From NCBI GenBank assembly GCA_012295275.1, contig CM022673.1, positions 10,912,001-10,976,000 of the forward strand: 64,000 nucleotides of DNA. The letters run 5' to 3'. Position 1 is the first letter of the stretch. Each line of letters opens with the position of its first letter. The position numbers and the translations under genes were made by a program. The notes below the pieces were generated by a model, which was not told where the DNA came from, made no database searches, and saw only the letters and a list, made by a program, of their open reading frames with translations. Positions 1-13,574 of this stretch are shown here, one piece after another. The DNA comes from Chrysomallon squamiferum. Its lineage: Eukaryota; Animalia; Mollusca.

Positions 1-3
1 TAC

Positions 4-1520
4 CTCAAACATTTTGTGTTCTAACAGCCATGCCAAATGATCATCCTGGTCTCTGAGTTTGGCTACAACAATGTCTTTTGGACTGAGAATGAAGAAAAGG
101 TTTTCCTCACTAATACTTTCTGGAAAAAAAAAACCCCAAAAACAATAATAAAAATTAATTAATTAGTAACTGGACATTTTTTTTTTTTTTTTTTTTTTTA
201 ATTAACACATTAACAAATTTTAATATTAACTAGTGTAAAGGACCATCATTATGACAAAGTTAGAGATAAAACCCACAGATACCAAACCATATGTTACCCG
301 TGTAAAATGCCATCAAGGGCTCTTTTGTATATAATTTCTCAAAGCCAGAACAGCCCATACCTCATACTTTAATCAAACATTTAGTGGAGATAACTCCTGA
401 AGAAATAAAATATGTACTTTAAGTTTCTGACTAAAAATTTAAAAAAAACAAAAAAAACACAATAAACACAATGCTTAATAAAGGAGCAGCTGTTTAGAAT
501 GAGAAATAGCTGACTGGCTCTAAATATAATTTGTGGAAATCTCACCTAAATGATAATCGTTGCATCGATATTCTTCAAATCCTCTCAGAGACAGAGCATC
601 ATTGGAAATCTCATATGAAGAATTCAAGCCTGGTTCTAAAATCTGTAAATGTGGTCTGTTTGCCACAATACGACCTCCCTGGCAAAATAATAAAACATTG
701 GTAATATATTTATCTTCTGTTCTAAAATCTGTAAATGTGGTCTGTTTGCAACAATAAGACCTCCCTGGTAAAATGATAAAACACTGGTAATATATTTATC
801 TTCTGTTCTAAAATCTGTTAGTGTGGTCTGTTTGCCACAATAAGACCTCCCTGGTAAAGTAATAAAACACTGGTAATATATTTATTTTTATTCCTATTTC
901 TAAAATCTGTGTTCCTATTTCTAAAATTTTTATTCTGTTTTGTAAAATCTGTTTTGTTACGTAAACAGATTACAGTTTATTATTATATTTATTGCTGGTT
1001 CTATAATCTGTTAGCCACAAAATGACCTCCATTTTGATAAATGGATAAAACACTGGTAAAATATTTATCTTCTATTCTAAAATCTACAGGTTTGCTGTCT
1101 TTGCCATGATACAGTCTCCTAGGTAAATGGATAAAATCAGATTATAATACTGTTAACTGATTTATTTTATTTTCTAAAATCTGAAACTACTGTCAGTTTA
1201 TTTATGCAACTCCACATTTATTTATAAATATCCTTAAAGGTTAAATTTAGTTATGAAGAAATTTTATTATTTCAGTGTCTTATATAAGAGGTTATCTATA
1301 TAAAATGTATGTAATTATTTAAATTTTACTGTACCTCTTGACGTTGGTCTTTTTCATATGATAAAACAACAATACAGGTTCCAAGAGAAGCAATTCCACT
1401 GATAAAATAATCAGTTGTAAAATATGCAACTGAAAAATAAAAAAAAATGTATGTGAAAAATGTGGAGTATTTCCAGGATTAACAGATAATGTTAGGAGTG
1501 CGTGTTGTGTGTGTGTGTTT

Positions 1521-1574
<54 letters not shown>

Positions 1575-1794
1575 GTGTGTGTGGGTATGTTTGTTTGGAA
1601 GAAAAATAAACTGAAATAAACAACAATAACAATAATAAAATTAATAATAACTTAAAATTTTAAAAACATAATAATTATTTATATTAAGATAATAAGTAAA
1701 ATAAATACATATTTAAAAATTTAAATAATAATGAAATAAAAATTATGAAATAATAATAATAATAATAATAAAACAATTATGATGATTATTATAT

Positions 1795-1839
<45 letters not shown>

Positions 1840-4038
1840 AATTTCTTTTTTAAGTTTTAATCTTGAATAAATGTTTGTCAGAAATTAAAACAGAAACTAC
1901 ACAAAAATAAATGTACTATCACCAAACAGTATTACTGTTTTATATATATATTTTTTAAAACTTTAAGTAAATTTTACCTATTTCTACATATTTGTTGGGA
2001 AGATCTCTTGCATCCGACCGTTCTTGCTCTCTCACAACACACATCTGAAAAAAAATTATAAAAAAAAAAAAGAAACTTATATAAACATTTTATATTGACA
2101 TAATATATTGAATTATTTTGTATTTATCAACCACATTATTAATAAATTGTGCATTAACTATCAAAAACTCAATTTGAAAAGAAAATAAATCCTGCTTAAG
2201 TCTCCTTTAAGCTTATTTTTCTGCTACAGCCAGCACCCCAAACCTGGTTTATCAAACACTGTGGTATGTGTTATCCTGTTTATGGGAAGACTCTCATAAC
2301 GACAAAAAGAGAGTAGCTCGTTTTTTTAGCATTAGCTCTCATTAATTGTATTCTGTTTATTATTTAACTGTGGGATATGATGCAATAATAAATCAGAAAT
2401 ATATTGAACCTTCATTTAAAAAAAACCTATTTTATACTTTCCTTACTTTTATTTTATCAGCCCAACCAATAAGCAAAGTTCGTTCGTCACGCCAAAACAA
2501 ATTGCATCGATAAAGTTCTGGCCGATACCTTTAAAAAAAAAAAAATAATAATAATAATAAAATAATTTTTAGAAACATGATTACATAAATGTATCAGGTT
2601 TAAATTTTTATATTTTTCACTGGAAACATATTAATAAATAATTTTATGTGCATTCTTAAATTTGTTATTGTTGCCAATATATGCATATACATTTCTATAT
2701 ATGTTAATTGATTACTGTCTTAATATAAAAGCTTTATCCTGTGAAGGTTAGAATGTTGAATGCAGTGAGGCTCTGACAAGCAGCCTTGTCCATTTGACCT
2801 GTGCAGGATAAAGCTGATATCTTAAGACAGAAACCTATTTTTTTTTTTTTTATCCTGTAATATTAAATAATACAAGACCTAAATAAAATTAACCATTCTA
2901 TTTCTCAGCTCGTCACTCTTGAAAGTAGTAAATGGTACTAAACATGTATGCTAGTAGGTATACTAATGTCTATTAATTCATCAATTAATGAAATAACATC
3001 CTATTTTTAATTTATTTAGAATGTATTATGGCAAACACATTTTAGAAGCAAGTTTGAACATACGGTTTATCTGTTCAGACATTTATGAGAAGTAACAAAC
3101 ATTTAAATATTTACTGATATAAAACAGTGTAAGTTTACTCACTCATGATCTTTGTTAGTGTTTGTTATCCTCTTTCTTAACTTCATGTCAAACACTTTGA
3201 CACTCTGAATAATTAAAAAGTAAACAAAGTAGTAATCATGAAGAAATCATTATTAAATAGTCATAGTGATCACAAAATAGGAAATTATAATTAATCCACA
3301 ATTAAAATTAATGAAGATAATTATTATTAAAATTGAAAAATTAAAATAAATAAATAAATATTATTCAATACTAAGAACAATTTTAACAATTAACTGACTA
3401 GAAAAAAAAGTAAAAAACATATTATTATTCATAAAAAAAAATTAGTAAAAATAAATAATACATTTATAAATAATACATATATAATTATTATTTCTGGAGA
3501 AAAATAATATATATTAAACATTACTTGAAATAAAATTACTAAGCATGTTTCATTAAAATTAACAAATCTAAAAATACTAATTAAGCAATAAATGAACAAA
3601 TAAATTAAAAAATAAACTGACAAAGTCAATAAATTTCATAAATATATTTCTAATATAATAAAAAAAATAATAATATAAAATTACAAAATAAATAAATTAT
3701 TAAAACACAAGTAAATATAATTTTCACAAATAAATTTTAAAATAAGCAAATAAATAAATTTTTAAAAACCCCAAATTAACAAATAAAATAAACAGATAAG
3801 GAAACAAACAAACAAACAAATAAATAAATAAACATAAATCTTTAATAAATAGTTAAAACCCAGAAACTAACAAATAAACAGGTACAAAAACAAATAAATA
3901 AACAAACAAACAAACAAACAAACAAACAAATAAATAAACTAGAATAAAAAGTATTTCCTCTGTCATTGGCCCAGGCAATGAAATCTTCTCTTCATTTAAA
4001 AAATGTTTTTAAATTAATTAAAAATTAACAAATACATT

Positions 4039-4075
<37 letters not shown>

Positions 4076-7000
4076 AATAAACTAAACAAATAAACAAATA
4101 AAAATAATTTTTTTAATGAAAATAGAAAAAAATTATAAAAATAAAATAATTAAAAAAAATAAACAAGCAACAAACAACAAATAAGTAAATAAACAGATTA
4201 GGTAAGAAACAAACAAATAAATAATATAAAGTATTTACTCTGTCATTTGCCCATGCAATGAAATCTCCTCTCCATTTAATGTTCCGAATTGGACCTTCAC
4301 CTTCATGCAACACACTCATTTTGTGGCGACCCAAAAATCCAACCTTTTCATTCAAAATCAGCTGGAAAATTAATTTTTTTAAAAAGCTTTTTATTATGAT
4401 ATATTGTAAGCTTGTAGCTGGTAAAATTTATTTTTAAAAAGCTTTATATTATGATATATTGTAAGCTTGTAGCTGGTAAAATTTTATTTTTAAATAAACT
4501 TTATATTTTGATATATTGTAAGCTTGTAGCTGGAAATATTTTGACATTTTTACTATAGATGGATATGTTTAAGATTAAAGTCAAAGTTTAATATATTTGT
4601 CATGGACTCTTGATAAAAATATAATGAGAAAAAAAAAATGTCTACCTTTAATTTAAATGATAACATCAGAGCAAATGGTATAGTAATTACTTTTTACATT
4701 TACCTTTGAAACAAGGTTTTTTAACTTATAATTTTATGAAAAAGATTTCATAAAATGATAAATATGATTTATTAATAATTATGATTGTAATTATATTGTT
4801 TTCTAAATGCCATAATAATTTATAATTGTATTACGTTTTGTAAATACAGCTTATTAATAAGTATTGTTTTATAAATAAGAATTATTAATAGCCTGTTTTT
4901 TACCTAAAATTATCAATAAGTTATTTTTTATAAATAAGACTTCACAATAACTAATGTTTTATAAAAAAAAGTTATTAATAACTTATATTACATAAAAAAA
5001 CCACTAATTAAATTATTATAATGTTATGCATAATGTTTAATAACTACAACTGATTAATTAATAACATTGTTTTAATACATAACCTATTAATAATTTATAG
5101 CTGCTTGTTCTGTAAACATAACTTATTAATATTTTATAGTTGTATATATATATATATATATATTTGTTTTATATTAATAATTATTTTAAAGTTGTATATA
5201 TATATATATATATATATATTGTTTTATATTAATAATTATTTTATAGTTGTATATATATATTGTTTTATGTTAATAATTAACTTATAGCTGTATGTATATA
5301 TTGTTTTATACCTTCTCATCTCCTGTAACATAGTGTCGCCCACCACCTGGTTTGTAGTACACTGGGTCTAGGGCTACAGCTTTAACTGGCCGATCAAAAC
5401 TGACTGTCTGGTTCTTATCAGTGGAATACAAACCAGTTATCACTACCTGAAGAGAGAATTACACAAATTTATTAAATTAAAAATAAAAAAAAAAATAAAA
5501 AAAAAAAAAAAGCAATATAATACTATAGGGATGATAAAATACAAAGAAAAAGTATATTTTTGTTTGTGGGTGTGTCTGTGTGTGCACACATGCATACATG
5601 TGTGTGTGTGTGTCTCTCTCTTTGCTATATATATGAATTATGTTCATGTATGCATATGACAGCATGTAGATATTTTAAATATAGGAGTACAAAAATGTAT
5701 AAATATATGTATGAATGTTAATAAAAAATGTTATCAGTATATAATCAATTTAATACACAACATACATGAATGAATATATAACCTTTTCTCAAACCAAAGT
5801 CAACAAAAATAAAATACAATTAGAGATAATTTCGAAATAGTATCAGCATATTATTCATGCATACTTACTCTTCCATCATCTGAGCAACTAGCCAGGTATT
5901 CTCCATTGTCATCTATACTAATCTGATTGACAGTGGTTGAATGCTAAAAAGAATAAAATATTCAAGTTATCTGAATGAATAAACAGGGAAACTTTTTAAA
6001 GAATAAATAACAATACTGAAAATTTGGGGTATTTTGTGTGTCTGTGTTTCTCTCTGTCTGGTGGGTGTGTATGTCTAAAAAACACCTTTACCATTTAATA
6101 TTACATAAAAGAAAAGCTTCACATAGAAATTAATAATGCCTTCTCTCTCCATTTTATCAGTGAATCTATCTGTTCTTTCCCAATCCTATGTTTTTTCCCT
6201 CTGTCTGAACCAGAATATAATTTACATAAGGCCTAAATTTATTCTTTTTAGTTTTTTAATTTTTTTCATTTTATTTTTATATTTTTATTTTAATTTCTAA
6301 TTCAAAGTATTTGAGGTATTCATATATTCAAAAATGTTTTTTAAGAAGTAAAAAAATAAATAAATAAAAAAAATAAAACAGCAGTGAAAGAAAAATCTAT
6401 AACATAACTCACTGCATTAACTTCTTTTTCCTGGACATTGTTTCCAGTGTGATCAAGAATATAAATCATCCCCCAGTGAGTGCCAAGAGCCAGAAACTGA
6501 TAAAAACATAAAAATTAAAATATTAGTTTAAAAACAAATGTAAATTTCAATTATTAGCAAATTATGAAGGTTTCAATCAATAGCAGATATTTAAAATACA
6601 TAAATGTAATAATTATCATTGTCATTTTTATCTATATTTTAATTCACTAATTCACTTTTGTTTTATTAATGTCATAAACAAACTATATAAAATTAAATAA
6701 AATTAAATTAAAAATTAAATCAAACATTATATTAAAATTTACCATTTAAAATTAAACAAAACATAGTTACTGGAAAAGATAAAAATAAACGATTTAATCT
6801 CTAAAAAATAAACATAAATTCCAATTACTAGCACATCATGAAAATTTCAGTCAATAGCAAATTTTTTAATGTTTTTGTTTTGGTTTGTATCTCAATGTTT
6901 ATGCTGTAAAATTTACCTTTGGATGCACAGCCAAGCAGCTGGCAGCATCCTTACTAAAAATACCAGGCAAGTCATTTTTGATTCTGTCATACTTCAGTTT

Positions 7001-8664
7001 GGGTTCAACATCCTGAAAAAATAAAAATAAATAAATACAATTAGACTTTTAAATTTATTAAAGAACTTAATATTTAACCTATTAAAAATAATTGTATGAA
7101 ACAAATAAAAGAAATAGGCATTAATAAGGCAATAATGATTTTTGAAAAAAACTTATTTCATTTGTTTAAATATCTGTCCTCTAGGCTTTACAAATAATAA
7201 TAATAATAATAATAAAATAAATCTATATATATGTATAAACCATTTAAAACAACAATAATAACAAAAGAACTGAAATAATTTAGGCATAAATTTAGTAAAA
7301 TAATAAATGAAAATATGACTAAAATCTAAGTATGCAAAAAAATTAAACCACTAAAATAACTTTACAGAGTAAAAGAAAAGCATCCATTTTGATTTTTAAA
7401 ACTAAGTAGTCTGGATCTAAAAATACTGTGTTGGCCATTAAAAACTTTTACCTCTTCATCTTCTTCTTCTTCTTCATCTTCTTCATCTTCATCTTCTTCT
7501 TCTGCAGTTTCTGGTTTATTATCCATTTCTTTTGTCTGTCAAAAAAAAAAAAAAAAAAAAACTGTTTACAGATGTATAATATTTTATCTGTAACAATAAC
7601 CTTTTCCAATTTCAAAAAGGATAAAAAGAAATTTACAAATTTCATAAATCATAACAACAAAAACAAATAAATGAAAATAAATTATACTAATAAAATTCTC
7701 AGATAAAAACATTTCTTTGAAAAATAAATGCCCTTAATCAAATAGAAAAAAAATAATAATAAATAAAAAAATAATGAAAATTATCTTCACAAGAAAAACA
7801 GACATTTTATACTTGTAACCAATGTTATTTCTTTTTTTTCTTGTTGTTTGATGTTTTTGTTTTGTTGGTTGGTTGGTTTTTGAAATATAGAACTCAACTT
7901 TTTTGTTCTTTTTAAAAAAAATAATAAACATAACTATAAATATTCCCTATAATTCATATTTAATTGTCCTTTGAAAATGTTACCTTTTCTGAAATATGCA
8001 ATATTTTACTTTTATTTGTTTGCTTCTCAAAATGTACACAATATATTTATAATTATATAGCAATGTTTTGTAACAATATTAACAATGTTACAGTATCTGA
8101 GTATGTCACACTGAATGAAGCATCTTTGTTAATGCTCAGAAATGACAATCAGTTACAATGCCAATAATTAAAATAAACTGAAGCATTAAGATGATAAATT
8201 AGATCTTGTGAGTGAGTAATGTCACAAGTACTTAAACTGAATCTGAATAAAGGTTATAATAATCGCCAGAAAAAAAATTGAAACACTTTCTTTTTTTTTT
8301 TTTTTTTTTTTTTTTCAATTAAAAAGAATTTTTTAATAATCAGGTTTAATTAATTTAATACAAATGTCCATAATTATATTGCTATAAAATACTATAGTTA
8401 CATCTATTCATTTTATTAAATAATAATTGTGTTAATGAATAGAACTGTTAAACTTAAGTTAATGTTATGTGTAGACTTAATTTATGTACGCGTGTTGGCA
8501 TTAATCACCTTCGTATCACTTATTTATAATCACGATTTTATCATAGAAACCAGGAAATACATAGCCATACGAAATAAAATATAATTTAAATAATATCATT
8601 ATATTCTGAAAGCTACAGTTTCTCTCACCTCAGGACTAATGTCATTTCCTTGACTGTCAGCCAT
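4..8664 (-). CDS. VPS41: Vacuolar protein sorting 41 (HOPS subunit), 5' part; gene continues beyond the left edge
   Basis: Thirteen GT-AG exons with consistent phases: 8629-8664, 7452-7535, 6917-7012, 6413-6496, 5869-5943, 5312-5446, 4239-4361, 3143-3204, 2447-2528, 1978-2044, 1335-1429, 546-678, 4-119. Translation: MADSQGNDISPE, an acidic E/D tract, EPKLKYDRIKNDLPGIFSKDAASCLAVHPKFLALGTHWG...VNQISIDDNGEYLASCSDDGR...FDRPVKAVALDP...LHEGEGPIRNIKWRGDFIAWAND...LLIGWADKIK...DALSLRGFEEYRCNDYHL...FFILSPKDIVVAKLRDQDDHLAWLLEHKMFE. These are the characteristic VPS41 beta-propeller motifs. Confidence 0.96.
634..1183. repeat. 86-bp tandem duplication of a VPS41 acceptor junction
   Basis: Units start at 634, 720 and 806, followed by decayed copies. 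Each unit is 45 nt of exon plus 41 nt of intron. Confidence 0.9.
2215..2330. mobile_element. Degenerate dispersed (SINE-like) repeat fragment
   Basis: The core ccagc...ggtttatcaaa...tggtatgtg recurs at ~57590-57640; decayed opposite-orientation relatives lie at ~230-400 and possibly ~23920-24070. Family identity is not verified. Confidence 0.4.
2715..2830. mobile_element. Small palindromic MITE-like/foldback element
   Basis: Nested inverted repeats: ctgtcttaa/ttaagacag, agctttatcctg/caggataaagct, aggct/agcct. Confidence 0.5.
4360..4535. repeat. ~56-bp tandem repeat containing a VPS41 acceptor
   Basis: agctgg...attatgatatattgtaagcttgt units at ~4360, 4416, 4471, 4528. Confidence 0.85.
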
Positions 8665-8672
8665 TTTGTCTA

Positions 8673-8682
8673 GTCACATGAC
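8673..8682. promoter_or_regulatory. CLEAR/M-box-like element (GTCACATGAC) just upstream of the VPS41 ATG
   Basis: One mismatch to CLEAR GTCACGTGAC and contains the M-box TCATGTGA; 8 nt from the start codon of a lysosomal-trafficking gene. Confidence 0.55.
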
Positions 8683-8891
8683 TTTTAAGGATCAAACTCG
8701 GCTAAATCCGGTCTCCAGATAGAAAATAGTTCGACTATAAATAAAGATGATAATAATATTTATTATTATTATTAATCCAAATAAAGTTGATTGCTAATGT
8801 ATTTGATTGATATATATGTATATTATACATATAATGTAAAAGCAAAAATAATATGAATACGTAATACTTTTTACTTGTTTTTTCACTAGTT

Positions 8892-8934
<43 letters not shown>

Positions 8935-9151
8935 CTATTTATTTGTTTATTTTCTAACGGAAGGCTAATCTTTTTGCCATGCAAAATAAGCAAATTATTA
9001 AATAAAGTTTGATTCCCCCACCTTAAATAAGTTACTGAATACTGTCATACGGGTATTTATTTATTTATTAATTTGTTCGTTTTTGTTTTTATGAAAGACA
9101 ATTCAGTGTGCGAGCAAAATGAATTATTCTTGAATTGTTAATAATTTATAA

Positions 9152-9193
<42 letters not shown>

Positions 9194-10081
9194 TAATATA
9201 TCTGAAGAAACTGATATGATCCGGTTACTAAAATAATAAATAAATTAATATTTAACCCAACTTTTCAATGAAATCCAGTAAAGTTAAATATAATTTTTAA
9301 ACTAATTGATTATAATGTTTTTATTTATTTAATTTTTTTACGTACTGATAATTATGTCCCTTTTTCAGAAATCTTAAGTTAAATTTAGGTTCAGTAATGA
9401 CACTTTTCGTCGATATTAGTTATAAATTAGATAATAAATTTAATGTATTTATTATTTCAGATAATAAAATATATCTTTTTAAATCCATTCACCACCGATA
9501 TAATTAAGTTTAAAAGAAATAAAATCATATAAAATAAATCCACAGACCCATACACATGCAAACGTGACAAATATAAAAAAGAAAATTTTTTTTTGAAAAT
9601 TATAGTTTTCTTAAAATTACTTTATTATACATTTTCAAATGTTTATTAATTTTTGTTAATTATTTATTTATTTATTTATTCATTACTACTAATTACAATA
9701 TTAACTTTTTTATTCAACTTAAAACATTAAGCGATAACAATATACAAAACTGACAAAATCTCAAGATACCTATTTTGTTTGTTTGTTGTTGTTGTTGCTT
9801 TTTTGTTTTTTTTTATATATATTAGTATAGTGTTCATGGCCTAAGTTCCTTATTTAAACTGGTTTAGTAATTACAACAAACAAAGCAGTTATAACAAACA
9901 AACCTGACTTATCACATAACCAAAACATAATCAAAATATACTGAAACTTTTTTATATATATATATTTTTTATTATTTATTTTATTTTTTATTTTTATTTT
10001 ATTTATTTATTTTATTTTTATTTTTTTTTTTTTTATTTTATTTTTTTTATTTATTTTTTTTTTTTTTTATTATTATTATTA

Positions 10082-10114
<33 letters not shown>

Positions 10115-10169
10115 CACCTTTGAAAGTGGCTTACTTAGATTAGGATGACAATGGAAGTAATACTGTAAT

Positions 10170-10550
10170 ACTGCCTGGGGCGTTTGCCTGCTGTACGGGA
10201 GATAACCGCGTTCTTTTCGCGTGCCGAAAAGCAAAAAAACCCACATCTAGCAGCAGGTGCCCGTTAGGAACTAAAAATAGAATAACCGGACGCCATTTGT
10301 GAACCTTTGTTCGCTTGGTCAAACTTGAAGCTAGGTAGGTGGGATATCTTATATTTATTTATGGCGAATTAACATTAACATAATTTATTAAAATGATCGC
10401 GGACCTAAAAGCACTGTCAATGGTAGTTCAGAAAGAGATGCCATGTATTTTAGAAGTCATTGTTACATATTTCGATCGCATTTGATTCCCAAAAATTGTA
10501 AAATTCATTGAAAGTTCTTTGAAAAATAGTTTCATATTTTCTAAGATTAG
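10170..10550 (+). promoter_or_regulatory. Putative distal promoter and non-coding first exon of POU6 (divergent from VPS41)
   Basis: Local CpG enrichment in very AT-rich DNA, YY1-like CGCCATTT at ~10291, and a consensus donor AG|GTAAGT at 10550/10551. No transcript evidence is available. Confidence 0.5.
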
Positions 10551-12545
10551 GTAAGTTATGTTGTATGCAAATTACAATAATTTAAAATTATCATAATTTA
10601 TTTGGAGAAAAATTATAATTTATGTGTGCATAACCAAAGTTTAAAAAAAGACGCAAAAGCCCACATAAACTGACAGGCATTTAAAAAAAAAAAAAAAGTC
10701 AGATGTATGCGCAGAATATATTCTTCTTTTTAATAGGTCACCAAACAAAATTGTAAATGTATATTTAATAAATAAAAATAATTAATCCAATAAAATATAG
10801 AGGCCAAATATGAGAGTACTAAAAGATATTAAAAATTCAAACTTTTCTTATACTGCAAATTATCAAACATTAAATATTTGAAAATGTAAATTATAATACA
10901 CGTCATTTTATTTTATTAACTTCGTAATGAATAGAAAGAAATACTGAAATATGCTAATTTGTTTGTTAAAAATTAGTATTATTATTATTATATCCTTATG
11001 TTTCAATTTATACAACCTGTGGGTATTGTGGAATGAATTTAAATTTATCTGTCTTTTATTTACATTTTTACTGGGTTTTTTTTTTCACAAAATTCAGTCC
11101 ACATATATAGTCAGTTATAAAAAATCTTACATAATGTTTTTCATTAAAAAAAAGAAAAAGAAAAGAGTAATAATTAATATAATATTTATTCCAGATAACT
11201 TTTTGAACCTGCAGTCACATAAACAATTTTATTTAATTATTGTGCATATATCTATAGCTTCAGTAAAAAGAAATGTTAATTTTTTATCACTATGTATTAT
11301 TTTATTTTTCTCTTGAAACAGAAATTGGGTTTTGTTTTGTTTATTTATTGATTTATTTATTGATTTATTTTATGGTTATAGCTGTTGTTTTCTTTGTGTC
11401 TTTTAAAATTTCATTCATGTTTTAAATCTGGTATTTAAAAATTGTTATCAATTTATGTAAGTCTTAATAAATAAGAATTAATGATTTATTAACTTGACTT
11501 TACAATATTTATTTATTTATTTATTTATTTATTATTGTTATTATTATTATTTTAAATGAAGAAACACTTTCATTAATTTGTAATTAGCAGATATTCTTTG
11601 TAAAAATAAAATGCTTATTAGATATTAAATAGCCACCAAATAAATTAATAAAATAAAAATAAAAATTTCATTTATTTACTATACTTACTTTCATTTATCA
11701 GATCTGGATAAACGTCTTTTATTTTATTTTTTATTATTATTTTTTTTAATTATTTTGCTTTTTACATTTTTAAGTTTTGAAGTTTTGATAACTTTATAAC
11801 TAAGATCTTAACAGTTTTTTATATTAGATTTTACTCAGTTTATTGTTATTATTGTTATTATGTTATTATTATTTTTATTATTATTAATTTTTATTTCTTG
11901 GTGGGTTTTTTTGTTGTTTTTATTTTTTATGTATTTTTTTATATATTTTTTTTAATTATTTTTTTATTATCTTTTTTTTTAAAGAAAATAAACTATGTGT
12001 TAAATTTCATTTGGAAATATTTTAATAATGAGATCTAGTTATTTGTAAATCACTAAATTAATTGATTATTAACCTGAAATTAATGAAAAAAAAAAATCTT
12101 CATATATTTAATAGGAGTATTTGTGTGCATGCATGTGAGAAAAGAATGAGAGAGAAAGAGTTGGAATGTATTTGAAAATATTTGAGTACTAGAAAGAACT
12201 TTGCGATGATATAATATATGTATGAGTGAATTAGAATATGTCTGTGTGTGCATTTATACACAAGATGGCTCACAAGTAACAGGACAGTGTATAATTAAGA
12301 AAAATATTTTTTCATTTTCATTTGAAAACATATTTAGAAATGGTTTACAAGATATTTAATACTATAGTTTTATTTACAAATGATACTCAAAGTGATTGTT
12401 AGCATGGACCGTTTTCATTTTGCATTACCTTTTTTGTTATCTTTATTTCAGGCTTTTTATTTTTATGTGTGTTTAGTAACCAAAATAAAAACACCTGGCA
12501 GTAAATGTTTGTGGATAGAACAAACAAAAAATACCCAAAATACCC

Positions 12546-12595
<50 letters not shown>

Positions 12596-12598
12596 TAC

Positions 12599-12634
<36 letters not shown>

Positions 12635-13539
12635 TTTCTCTAATACTCTCACATGTATATAGTAATAGTTCTTTTTATTTATTTATATGTACACATACCC
12701 AAACTTGTTATTATTATTTATATTTTTAATCTTTCTTGTTTTGAACTTTTTGAAATTATTGTAAGGTGTTGCTTCTGACTACTAAATCATATTGATTTTA
12801 TTTCAAAATGTCTTTCAGAACAGAAAATCATTTTAAAAGGCTGTCAGTACACATGGATATTGTACTTTTTTCTCTAAAGTATTTCTTGAAAACTATAACA
12901 AAAATCAGCTACAGTGAATTTTATGTTTAATGTTTAGTTTCAGGTTTCAAAATAAAATAACATTATTTTTATCTAGAAGATCCAGTGAGTTCAAGGTATT
13001 GTCATCCCATAATACAGAATATATGAAAATGAATTTTATTTTTATTTTATTCATTATTCTTTTATAGATTCCAGTATGCATTATAGGTGGAACCTGTAAC
13101 AAAAATTAAATGATAAATTAAAAGATTTTTTAAAATTTTCTGATATATGCAATGAATGTGAAACATTCTATATTTTGAACATAATTTTCACATGAAAGAT
13201 TTCTATATTTGATGTTTCATATTATAAAAAGAAGCAGATGTCTTTTGCATAGTGTGCTTCTTGATATTTGATGCCATTATCTATCAATCTTGTATAAGAC
13301 ATCAGTCAGGCAAAAAATACGTTTATTTATCATTGAGTATGAGAGTTGATTCATTGATGTATGAATCTGTGTTGCCTAGATGTGGGGGTGGGATTTATTT
13401 ATGTTTGTTTACTTAACATTTAACCCAGCGTTATAATCAGTGAACAGAACAGAATGTATTTTAAATTTACATTAACACACTTCTGTAACGCCTTTAGCAT
13501 TTTTTTTTTTTAATTTTTATTATTACTTTTTATTTCTTT

Positions 13540-13574
<35 letters not shown>

